Assembly (NCBI GenBank): GCA_964566305.1
Contig: CAZMIF010000062.1
Coordinates: 7,484 to 71,483, forward strand
DNA: 64,000 bases
Direction of reading: 5' to 3'
DNA from: an uncultured bacterium
Lineage (GTDB): Bacteria; Deinococcota; Deinococci; Deinococcales; Marinithermaceae
Shown: in pieces, positions 56,107-64,000 of the stretch
Layout: each line of letters begins with the position of its first letter
How positions within the stretch are numbered: position 1 is the stretch's first letter
Translations under genes and position numbers: made by a program
Notes under the pieces: generated by a model
Told to the model about the DNA's origin: nothing
Seen by the model: only the letters and a program-made list of their open reading frames with translations
Databases searched by the model: none

Positions 56107-57477
56107 TTAACGCTCCTGGCTAGCGGCCACGCCGTAAGAACCGGCGTCGCAAAAGACGGCGCTGCCGGCGTCGCCGGGATATTCGTGCTGCATGTCAGAC
56201 ATTATCGTCCTGACCATCTCGAAGTCGGCGAACCCGTCTACCGTGGCCGGCATTGCCTCCGACTTCCAGGCGGCAATCTGCCAGTAGAGTCTGCCGGCGG
56301 CGTCATAGGAAACGCCCAGCCCGCTCAGCTCGGGGAGGCTCAGGGAAGTTCCCTGGGTAATCACTTCCACCGAGATATCCGGGCCGTCCTGCTTTATCTG
56401 CAGCATCGAGTCGTAAACCATTCCCTCCGGGCCTACCCAGGAGAAGGTCGTGTCGGGGCCGACCACGCTCCCCTGGAGCGGGGTCACCGGCACCACCGGC
56501 TCGGGGAGGCTCAGGTTCACCGCCTCCTCGCCGAACTCGAAGACTCTGCGCCAGGAAAAGACCTGGCCCTCCACCGAAGCAATGTCGCTGCCGCCAACCG
56601 AGAGGCGGCTGCTACGCCCATAGGTCCCCCTGGCCATCAGCAGCGAGCCCCAACCGGCGGCGTCGGGAACCAGGAACGAAAACACGCCGTTTACTGCGTC
56701 ACCGGCTTCCCGCCGCTGCAGTTCAAGAAAGCCCCGCGAGCCGGAAACGACGGCGTTACTGGCCACGAACGCCAGGCTCACGGCCGCGGGCGTGGATACG
56801 GTGGCGCTCAGGGCGAGCGTTCCCAGCGGTTCCAGCTCCAGGTTCTCCTCAACCTCGTCACCGTTGGGCGTCAGGGTGGCGTATGCGCCGGCGACGAAAG
56901 CGGCAATCTCACCCTCTCCATCTACCTCCCAGAGCAAAGTTTTCAAGTACGCCGGCTCATCCGGCGCCGTGTAGATGGTAGCGTCGTAGCTGCCGCCGTC
57001 CGGCGCGCTCCAGGTTTCGTAGTAGTTTCCCGCGCCGGTAAACCCGCTAACGTGCGCTGAGTACAGACTGCCGCCGCTGGCGGTGGTCGTCAGGCTGCCG
57101 AAAAAGCGCGTTTCCAGACAGCCGTCTTCGTTGCGGTCGCCGGTGGTCTTGACCGCCAGCCGCGGCTCCATCACCGTCAACCCCTGGTAGACGAGTATCG
57201 GCAGCTCTTCCACGGTATCCGATAAGAGATACGCGTCGCCGATTGCCAGATCGTAGGGCGCGGCAACATCTTCGATGACGAACTTACCGTCGAGGCCGGT
57301 CAGGACCGGTTCGTGACCGGGAACGTAAACGGTCATGTACGGTAGCGGCTGCCCGCAAAGGTTGACCAGCGTACCCTGCAGCTCAGCGCCAGCGGCGCCC
57401 TGCTGGCCGCCGCATGCAGAGAGCACCGCCAGTGAAGCCGCCAGCACACCTAGAAGTAGAGCTTTTTTCGTGTTCAT
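56107..57477 (-). CDS. Lipoprotein paralog 3 (same family)
   Basis: Lipobox VLSAC. GTLVNLCGQPLPYMTVYVPGHEPVLTGLDGKFVIEDVAAPYDLAI. C-module PVVPVTPLQG...FSWVGPEGMVYDS...VEVIT...LPEL..LG...YWQIAAW. ATG 57477 after GGAGG (ORF-track start is 57561). 456 aa. Confidence 0.85.
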   Translation of the reverse strand: MNTKKALLLGVLAASLAVLSACGGQQGAAGAELQGTLVNLCGQPLPYMTVYVPGHEPVLTGLDGKFVIEDVAAPYDLAIGDAYLLSDTVEELPILVYQGLTVMEPRLAVKTTGDRNEDGCLETRFFGSLTTTASGGSLYSAHVSGFTGAGNYYETWSAPDGGSYDATIYTAPDEPAYLKTLLWEVDGEGEIAAFVAGAYATLTPNGDEVEENLELEPLGTLALSATVSTPAAVSLAFVASNAVVSGSRGFLELQRREAGDAVNGVFSFLVPDAAGWGSLLMARGTYGRSSRLSVGGSDIASVEGQVFSWRRVFEFGEEAVNLSLPEPVVPVTPLQGSVVGPDTTFSWVGPEGMVYDSMLQIKQDGPDISVEVITQGTSLSLPELSGLGVSYDAAGRLYWQIAAWKSEAMPATVDGFADFEMVRTIMSDMQHEYPGDAGSAVFCDAGSYGVAASQER

Positions 57478-57567
57478 GTTTCCTCCGTTAACCACGGGCC
57501 GGCGGCCGCCACCCCGGCGTCGCCGCCGGGCGGCGGCCGCGACCCGAAGCGTCGGGCTCAAAGCGGA

Positions 57568-58965
57568 CTACCTGCCCGATGCGAACTCCCCGCCGAAGAC
57601 CGCCTCGGAAAAGCCCTGCCCGGAAACCTGCAGGAGGCCGTTCTCGGCAAAGAACATCCTCCTGGTGTTCCCGGCATCCAGTTCGGCCATCTCCGCCGGC
57701 ACTCCCTGGCCGCCGAGAGCGGCGACGGCCCAGGCGCCGTCGCCGATCGCGAAGTCGTCAAAGTTGATACCGAGGCTCGCGAGGTCGGGAACGGTAAAGG
57801 ACTTCTCGGTCGTGACCACGGCGATGCTGATCAGCCCGGCGTTATAGGTTCCTAGCATGACCCCGGCGACGTAGAGGGCGCCATCGGGGCCGCTCCAGGA
57901 GAAGCGGGTCCCGGCGTCAATCTCCGAACCGTCGAGAGGGGCCAGCGGGATCAGCGGCGCCGGCACGGCGAGCTCGGCATCCGTATCGTCACCGACCCAC
58001 CAGAGGTAGACGTCGCCCCAGGCTCCGCCCAGCTCGTACCCGGCGTCTACCGAAACGTTGGAGTAAACGCCCGCCGCTCCGGGCCTGACGAAGGAGAAGG
58101 TCATCGGCGACGCCTCTTCCAGGTCTTCACTGTCCAGGTAGCCGGTCATTACGCCCCCGCCCAGGGGGCTGGTGGTCAGGTAGTGGCGGGCGCCGTAGAG
58201 CTCGTAGCCCTCGGGAAGGTTTAGGCTGACGTTCACCGCCCGGGCCCGGTCAGCAGGCTCCAGTTCCTGCAACTGGATGTCTTTCGCCAGCTCCCCGCCG
58301 TTCAAGCCGACGCTCCCCGAGTAGAAACCCAGGAAGCTGGCGGCGTTGCCGAGCTCGTCTTCCGTCCAGCGGGCGGCGCCCAGCCGTGCCTCGACCTCAG
58401 CGTCGGGGCCGTACCCCAGCCGCACGCCGTAACGCTCGTCGCCATCGGGGTTAGAGGCGAATTTGTAGCTGTTGCAGTAGGGTTCGGCAACGACCCAGAC
58501 GCCGTTTTTGGTTGCTTCGACGTCTTCGTCGGCGGCGGAACGCTGCGGGTTGAGCAGGCCGTCCACCTGGGCGCTGTGGGGGGCGTCGCCCGCGCCGGCC
58601 GGGAAGACGGTCAGGCTCAGCTCGTCTTGAGTCAGCCCTACGTAGACCAGCAGCGAGTAGCCGGCGGAGGCGGCGTAAACGTTGCCCGCGGCCATCGCCT
58701 CGCCGAACCCCGGGCGGACGCCGCTGATCAACAGGTCGTAGGGGCCGGCGGGAACGCCATCGATCTCGAAGCGCCCCTCGGGGTCGGTCAGCACCGGCGC
58801 CGCTCCAGCAATGGCGACCGTGGTGTAGGCGACCGGCTGCCCGTACGGGTCCAGCAGCAGGCCGCTAACGGTTCGTGTCGCCGCTCCGGTTTCGCCAGCG
58901 CAGCCGGCCAGAGCCAGCAGGGCGGCGGCGAGGAGCGCGAGCAGGTACGGTTTATTCGTTGACAT
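57568..58965 (-). CDS. Lipoprotein paralog 4 (most divergent member)
   Basis: Lipobox ALAGC. GLLLDPYGQPVAYTTVAIAGAAPVLTDPEGRFEIDGVPAGPYDLLI. C-module PLIPLAPLDG...FSWSGPDGALYVA...IAVVT...VPDL..LG. ATG 58965 (ORF-track start is 59151). 465 aa. Confidence 0.8.
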   Translation of the reverse strand: MSTNKPYLLALLAAALLALAGCAGETGAATRTVSGLLLDPYGQPVAYTTVAIAGAAPVLTDPEGRFEIDGVPAGPYDLLISGVRPGFGEAMAAGNVYAASAGYSLLVYVGLTQDELSLTVFPAGAGDAPHSAQVDGLLNPQRSAADEDVEATKNGVWVVAEPYCNSYKFASNPDGDERYGVRLGYGPDAEVEARLGAARWTEDELGNAASFLGFYSGSVGLNGGELAKDIQLQELEPADRARAVNVSLNLPEGYELYGARHYLTTSPLGGGVMTGYLDSEDLEEASPMTFSFVRPGAAGVYSNVSVDAGYELGGAWGDVYLWWVGDDTDAELAVPAPLIPLAPLDGSEIDAGTRFSWSGPDGALYVAGVMLGTYNAGLISIAVVTTEKSFTVPDLASLGINFDDFAIGDGAWAVAALGGQGVPAEMAELDAGNTRRMFFAENGLLQVSGQGFSEAVFGGEFASGR

Positions 58966-58996
58966 CAGGTTTCCTTTCGAGCGCGGCGACCGTTGC

Positions 58997-60373
58997 TCAG
59001 TCCTCGCCGGGGGAACCAACGCCGAAATCGCCGGCGTAGACACTGAAGTAGTAGCCCTGCGAGGTAAGCGGCACGCCCTGGCGACTGTCGACAATGAAGG
59101 TTCTGACGGAATCGCCGGCAACTTCGTCGACGCTGGCGGGAGCTCCCTCACCGCCCATCGCGTAGATCTCCCAGAACAACACGTCTTCCCGGTCGTAGCT
59201 GATTCCCAGTTCGCTCAGGTCGGGGAGGGTCAGGCTCCGGGACGTGGTTATCACCTCGACGGACAGATAGGCGTCTTCCAGGCCGAAGAACACGTCGTAG
59301 ATCGCACCCTCCGGGCCGGACCAGGCGAAGCGGGTGGAGGAAGGGTCCGCCAGCCAGGCGCCGTTCAGGGGGGTGATCGGCACTACCAGTTCGGGTATCG
59401 CCATTTCCAGGGAAGTAGCCCCCGGCTCCAGGCGCTGCCAGAAGAGCACTCCCCCCTCGACCCCCGCGAGCGACGCACCGCCCACCGAGCCCGGGCCGAG
59501 ACCGTCACCGTATCCGCCCCGGGCAGCCATCAGCGGCGCTATGCCCTCGGCCTGGGGAGCCACGAAGTTGTAAACGCCGCCCGCAGCCGCCGCGTCGCTA
59601 TCGCGTATCTCGGCGGTGATGATGCCCAGGTTCTCGCCGTCGACGCTGACGAACTGGCTGATGCTCATGGACGTGAACGGGGCCTCCCCCGCCAGGGTGA
59701 CCTGCACCGGGAGGCTCTCGAGCTCCCCTTCCAGCACCAGGTCTTCACTAAGCGATTCGTCTTCGCCCAGGGTTATCTGCTTGCGGGCGTACCCCAGGTA
59801 CTCGACGGCGTCCCTGCTGCTGGTGTCGCGCCGCCACTGCATAGCGAAGAGGCTGGCCTGGGTATCGCCGGGGTCGTGGGAAAGCTCCAGACTGTACGAC
59901 GGGCTGGCGTCGTAGCTGAATTCGCCCGCCGCCATCGCCTTACCGGCGACGATTCCCGCGCCGTTACGGTAGTCGCTGCTGGCCTGCTCGGGCGTTATGG
60001 CTCCCGAAACCCGGTGCGTCACGCAGCCCTCTTCGCCATAGAAGGCGGCGGTCAGCAGCGGGTCGGTTCGGGTCAGGCCCTGATAGACGAGCAGCGCGGT
60101 CCGGCCGTAGTCCTCGCTGTAGAGGTGAGCCCCATTTATGACCAGGTCGTAGGGAGCGCTGACCCCTTCTACCGCGAAATGTCCTTGCGAATCGGTTATT
60201 ACCGGCTCGTGGCCGGTAATGAAGACGATGACGTAAGGCTGCGGCACCCCACAGGTGTTGACGACGGTACCCTCGATAGTTGCCGTGCCGCTTTCCTGCG
60301 GCGCGCCGCAGCCTGCGAATAGCAGCGCGAGAAAAGCGACCATGCCGGTAAATACTGCCTTCTTATTGACCAT
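58997..60373 (-). CDS. Lipoprotein paralog 5 (same family)
   Basis: Lipobox LFAGC. GTVVNTCGVPQPYVIVFITGHEPVITDSQGHFAVEGVSAPYDLVI. C-module LVVPITPLNG...FAWSGPEGAIYDV...VEVIT...LPDL..LG...FWEIYAM. ATG 60373 after GGAGG (ORF-track start is 60499). 458 aa. Confidence 0.85.
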   Translation of the reverse strand: MVNKKAVFTGMVAFLALLFAGCGAPQESGTATIEGTVVNTCGVPQPYVIVFITGHEPVITDSQGHFAVEGVSAPYDLVINGAHLYSEDYGRTALLVYQGLTRTDPLLTAAFYGEEGCVTHRVSGAITPEQASSDYRNGAGIVAGKAMAAGEFSYDASPSYSLELSHDPGDTQASLFAMQWRRDTSSRDAVEYLGYARKQITLGEDESLSEDLVLEGELESLPVQVTLAGEAPFTSMSISQFVSVDGENLGIITAEIRDSDAAAAGGVYNFVAPQAEGIAPLMAARGGYGDGLGPGSVGGASLAGVEGGVLFWQRLEPGATSLEMAIPELVVPITPLNGAWLADPSSTRFAWSGPEGAIYDVFFGLEDAYLSVEVITTSRSLTLPDLSELGISYDREDVLFWEIYAMGGEGAPASVDEVAGDSVRTFIVDSRQGVPLTSQGYYFSVYAGDFGVGSPGED

Positions 60374-60557
60374 ATAAGCCTCCAAGAACTGCAGCCCCGC
60401 TTTGTCCTGCTCATCCGTATCGTATGCCTCCGGCTGGAGGGACTTTTTTCCCTTGTGTTCCATTGTTTTTGCTATCTCGGATGCATTGCATTTAAGCACC
60501 CAGCAAAACCGCTCCGTCAGGGCAGCCGGACGCCGTCTGCTGCTGTATGCTTGGCTC

Positions 60558-61436
60558 GTGCTGATTCACGACGAGGTCACGCAAGCCCTGAAAAACCACG
60601 AGCCGGTGGTGGCGCTCGAGTCGACCGTCATCACTCACGGCCTGCCCGCGCCGCTCAACCTGGAAACCGCCCGCCGTCTGGAAGCGGCGGTTCGTGAGGA
60701 GGGGGCCGTGCCGGCGACCATCGGCATCCTGGAAGGCGAGGTCCGCGTGGGCCTTGGCGACGGGGAGCTAGAGCAGCTGGCCACCCGCAACGACGTCGAG
60801 AAGGCCAGCCTCTGGAACCTGGCGGCGGTCGTCGCCGCCGGCAGGTGGGGCGGCACCACGGTAGCGACCACCGCCCACCTGGCCGCCCGCGCCGGCTTGC
60901 GCGTCTTCGCCACCGGCGGCATCGGCGGGGTCCACCCGCTCCCTTATGACGAGTCGGGCGACCTGCTGGCCCTGGCGCGGACCCCGATCGTGGTCGTTTC
61001 GGCGGGCCCCAAGAGCATCCTCGACCTGGCCGCCACCCTGGAGCGGCTGGAGAGCTACGGGGTGGGGGTGGTCGGCTACAAGACCATGTACCTGCCCGCC
61101 TTCCACTCGCCCGACTCTCCATACCAGCTGCCGGCGACCGTCTGGAGCGAGGCGGAGGCGGCCGCGCACTGGCGGGCCGCCCGGGAGCTGGGGCTCGAGT
61201 CGGCGACGATGGTCTTCAACCCGGTCAGCCAGGGCATTCCCTTCGGCGAGGTGATGGCCTGGGTCGAGCAGGCCAACCGGGAGGCGCGCGCGGCCGGCAT
61301 CGGCGGCAAGGACCTGACCCCCTACCTGCTCCGCCGCCTGAGCGAGCTTTCGGAGGGCAGGAGCGACGAGGTAAACCTGCGCCTGCTCGAGGAAAACGCC
61401 CGGCTGGCGGCGCGGATAGCCCGCTGGCTGGCCTGA
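60558..61436 (+). CDS. psuG: Pseudouridine-5'-phosphate glycosidase
   Basis: EVTQALKNHEPVVALESTVITHGLPAPLN, TGGIGGVH and SAGPKSILD motifs. GTG 60558 is chosen as the start. The upstream part of the ORF has low coding quality. Confidence 0.85.
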   Translation: MLIHDEVTQALKNHEPVVALESTVITHGLPAPLNLETARRLEAAVREEGAVPATIGILEGEVRVGLGDGELEQLATRNDVEKASLWNLAAVVAAGRWGGTTVATTAHLAARAGLRVFATGGIGGVHPLPYDESGDLLALARTPIVVVSAGPKSILDLAATLERLESYGVGVVGYKTMYLPAFHSPDSPYQLPATVWSEAEAAAHWRAARELGLESATMVFNPVSQGIPFGEVMAWVEQANREARAAGIGGKDLTPYLLRRLSELSEGRSDEVNLRLLEENARLAARIARWLA

Positions 61437-61449
61437 TAAGATAAGGCGT

Positions 61450-62343
61450 ATGTGCGAAATCGGCGGCATGCTGCGGGTGGCCCGGGAGGAAACCGGGCGC
61501 TCCATCCGCGAGTGGGCCCGCGAACTAAACATCAAGAGCGACTTTCTGCTGGCGCTCGAAGAGTGCCGCTTTGAAGACCTGCCGGAGGCGGTGCTGGCCA
61601 AGGGACATCTGCGCCGCTACGCCGAGGCGCTGGGCCTCGACCCGGAGCCGCTGCTGGCCCAGTACCCGGTACGCCCCACCTTCACCCCGCCCAGCGTCAT
61701 CAGCCCCCGCAAGCGCAAGCGCCGCACGGCCTGGTGGCTCTGGCTCCTGTTGTTACTGCTGGCGGCCGGCGGCGGGCTGGCCTGGTGGCTGACAGCGCAG
61801 AGCCGGCCGGCGCCGCAGCCGGAGATAGAGCTGAGCCAGCCGCCCCCGCCCCCGCCGCCACCGGCCGAATCGCGGCTGCGGGTGACCACCGAACCCGCCG
61901 GGGCGGTCGTCTGGCTCGACGGCTTCCGCCTGGGCGAGGCGCCGGTGGAGGGCAGCTTCTCGCCCGGGACCCGCCAGCTACGCGTCGAGGCCGAGGGCTA
62001 CCAGGCTTTCACCAAAGAAATTACCCTGGAGCCCGGCGGCGAGAGCAACCTGAAAGTCAGCCTCAAACCGCTGCCCCGCGAAGAACCGGCCCCGGCCGCC
62101 CCGGACGCCGGGGCGCAGCTGACCCTCCGCTTCACCGAGCGGGCCTGGGTGCGGGTGACCACCCCCGACGGCCGCAAGCTCTACGAGGGGATACCCAGGG
62201 TCGGCAGCGAGCAAACCTACCAGCTGCCGGTGGTGGTGCGCACCGGCAACGCCGCCGGCGTCCAGGTAATCATCAACGGCGAAGACCGGGGCCCCCTCGG
62301 CGGCGAGGGGCTGGTGGTGGAGCGCCGCTTCCCGGCTCCCTGA
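61450..62343 (+). CDS. RodZ-like HTH membrane protein with PEGA-like and DUF4115-like domains
   Basis: N-terminal XRE-type HTH ([22 protein letters not shown]), a single TM helix ([20 protein letters not shown]), a Pro-rich linker, a PEGA-like beta domain ([16 protein letters not shown]...) and a C-terminal RodZ_C-like domain. Confidence 0.65.
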   Translation: MCEIGGMLRVAREETGRSIREWARELNIKSDFLLALEECRFEDLPEAVLAKGHLRRYAEALGLDPEPLLAQYPVRPTFTPPSVISPRKRKRRTAWWLWLLLLLLAAGGGLAWWLTAQSRPAPQPEIELSQPPPPPPPPAESRLRVTTEPAGAVVWLDGFRLGEAPVEGSFSPGTRQLRVEAEGYQAFTKEITLEPGGESNLKVSLKPLPREEPAPAAPDAGAQLTLRFTERAWVRVTTPDGRKLYEGIPRVGSEQTYQLPVVVRTGNAAGVQVIINGEDRGPLGGEGLVVERRFPAP

Positions 62344-62354
62344 ATGGAGATACC

Positions 62355-63671
62355 GTGTCCGCGAAGATAGGCTTCGTCAGCCTGGGCTGCCCGAAGGCCC
62401 TGGTCGATTCGGAAAAGATAATGGCGCGCCTCAAGGCCGCTGGCTACGAGTTCGCCGCCGGCTACCAGGAGGCCGACCTGGTGGTGGTCAACACTTGCGG
62501 CTTCATCGAGCCGGCCATTGAAGAGAGCCTCGAGGCCATCGGCGAGGCGCTGCGCGAGAACGGCCGGGTAATCGTCACCGGCTGCCTGGGCGCCCGGCCC
62601 GAGGTAATCCGCGCGAACCACCCCGGGGTGCTCGACGTCAGCGGCCCGGCCGAGGTAGAGCGGGTGCTGGAGGCCGTGGCCCGGGTGGCCCCGCCCGAAC
62701 GCGACCCCTTTACCGACCTGATTCCGCCGCAGGTCAGGCTGACCCCGCGGCACTACGCCTACCTGAAGGTAGCCGAGGGCTGCGACCACAAGTGCAGTTT
62801 CTGCATAATCCCCCAGTTGCGCGGCCGCCTGCACAGCCGCGACGCCGCCGAGGTGCTGGCCGAGGCCGAGCGGCTGGTCGCCGGCGGCGCCCGCGAGCTG
62901 CTGGTCATCGCCCAGGACACCAGCGCCTACGGCGTCGACCTGGGTCACCGCCCCAGCGAGTGGCGCGGCAGGCAGGTGCCCGCCCGCCTGACCGAGCTGG
63001 TCCGCGAGCTGGGCGGGCTGGCGCCCTGGGTTCGCCTGCACTACGTCTACCCGTACCCCCACGTCAGCGAGTTGCTGCCGCTGATGGCCTCCGGCAGGCT
63101 GCTGCCCTACCTGGACGTTCCCCTGCAGCACGCCAGCCCCCGGGTGTTGCGGGCCATGCGCCGCCCCGGCGGGGCCGAGAGCCACCTGCAAACCATCCGC
63201 GCCTGGCGGGCCGAGGTGCCCGACCTGGCCATCCGCTCGAGCTTCATCGTCGGCTTCCCCGGCGAGACCGAAGAAGACTTCGAGCTGCTCCTCGACTTCC
63301 TCAAGGAGGCCCGGCTTGACCACGTCGGCGTCTTCACCTACTCGCCGGTCGCCGGCGCCGCGGCCAACGAGCTGCCCGGCGCGGTGCCCGAGGAGGTCAA
63401 GGCCGAACGCCAGTCGCGACTCATGGAGCTCGCGCAGCGCCTCTCGCTCGAGCGGAACCGCGCCCTGGTGGGCCGGGTGCTCGAGGTGATCCTCGACGAG
63501 CCGGCCGACGAACCCGGCGTCTTCATCGGGCGCAGCCGCGCCGACAGCCCGGGGATCGACGGCACCGTGCGCGTCCGCAGCGACGGCACCGCGCGCGTCG
63601 GCGAGATCGTCCGCGTGCGGGTGACCGCCGCCGACGTTTATGATCTGGAAGGTGAGGCCCTGCTTGGCTGA
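62355..63671 (+). CDS. rimO: Ribosomal protein S12 methylthiotransferase
   Basis: UPF0004 N-domain ([23 protein letters not shown]), radical-SAM [11 protein letters not shown] and a TRAM C-terminus. GTG 62355. The ORF-track N-extension overlaps the RodZ-like gene. Confidence 0.9.
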   Translation: MSAKIGFVSLGCPKALVDSEKIMARLKAAGYEFAAGYQEADLVVVNTCGFIEPAIEESLEAIGEALRENGRVIVTGCLGARPEVIRANHPGVLDVSGPAEVERVLEAVARVAPPERDPFTDLIPPQVRLTPRHYAYLKVAEGCDHKCSFCIIPQLRGRLHSRDAAEVLAEAERLVAGGARELLVIAQDTSAYGVDLGHRPSEWRGRQVPARLTELVRELGGLAPWVRLHYVYPYPHVSELLPLMASGRLLPYLDVPLQHASPRVLRAMRRPGGAESHLQTIRAWRAEVPDLAIRSSFIVGFPGETEEDFELLLDFLKEARLDHVGVFTYSPVAGAAANELPGAVPEEVKAERQSRLMELAQRLSLERNRALVGRVLEVILDEPADEPGVFIGRSRADSPGIDGTVRVRSDGTARVGEIVRVRVTAADVYDLEGEALLG

Positions 63672-63683
63672 GAAGGGAGCGTT

Positions 63684-64000
63684 ATGTACCTGGTAATCGC
63701 CGGCGGTGGCGACATCGGCGCGCTCATCGCCCAGTCGCTGCAGCACGATCACGACGTGGTAGTGCTGGACCCCGACCCCAACATCGCCGAGCGGATGGCG
63801 GCGCTCGACGTCCGCGTCCTGACCGGCAACGCCACCGACCCCGAACTCCTGCGAGAGGCCGGCGTTGACCACGCCGACGCCTTCATCGCCACCACCAACT
63901 CCGACGAAATAAACCTGATCGCCTCGATGCTGGCCAAGGGCCTGGGGGCCCGCCAGTCGCTGACCTTCCTGGGCAAGGCCTACTACGTCGAGGTGCTCAC
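63684..64000 (+). CDS. trkA: TrkA-type K+ transport NAD-binding protein (5' partial, runs off the window)
   Basis: ATG after GAAGGGAG. MYLVIAGGGDIGALIAQSL Rossmann start (TrkA_N). The frame is open to base 64000. Confidence 0.8.
   Translation, partial: MYLVIAGGGDIGALIAQSLQHDHDVVVLDPDPNIAERMAALDVRVLTGNATDPELLREAGVDHADAFIATTNSDEINLIASMLAKGLGARQSLTFLGKAYYVEVL

Noticed and set aside
60427-60449. CCTCC-ggct-GGAGG hairpin followed by TTTTTT, upstream of psuG.
   Set aside because: The stem is only 5 bp, and the hairpin sits in a divergent promoter region with no upstream + strand gene to terminate.
61734-62354. N-terminal 207-aa extension of the rimO ORF.
   Set aside because: It is Arg/Gly/Pro-rich and overlaps the RodZ-like gene off-frame. 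The conserved RimO N-terminus begins at GTG 62355.

Overview
The window is GC-rich (about two-thirds G+C by eye, not computed) and very tightly packed bacterial chromosome. I support about 57 protein-coding genes and see no rRNA, tRNA, CRISPR array, transposase or integrase. Protein sequences such as Kbl, MetK and DnaE, the operon style and the many GTG/TTG starts look Deinococcus-Thermus (Thermales)-like to me. That is a recollection, not a search result.

Most of the content is housekeeping:
- rsmA, metK, pntAA-pntAB-pntB and alaS-ruvX-mltG
- pepA, mnmA, dnaE, murI-rph-rdgB, psuG, rimO and trkA

There are three larger functional blocks:
- A TAXI-type TRAP transporter with two tandem solute receptors (12.3-17.0 kb).
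- A large phosphate/polyphosphate supercluster (24.0-36.7 kb). It runs PhnD-like-phoB-phoR-phoU-pstSCAB-sixA, with a convergent ppx, a divergent ppk, and a diguanylate cyclase downstream of ppk.
- The only clearly accessory region (53.0-60.4 kb). It is a tandem array of five deeply diverged, equal-length paralogous lipoproteins with no assignable function. A strikingly AT-rich regulatory island splits the array into two transcription units.

The 806-nt dnaE-murI spacer holds a cluster of REP-like nested palindromes, an ~81-nt direct repeat pair and a C-run tract.

The many long Arg/Pro/Gly-rich ORFs lying antisense to recognisable genes are treated as high-GC artefacts. All family calls rest on motifs read by eye. 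No database, HMM or folding computation was run.
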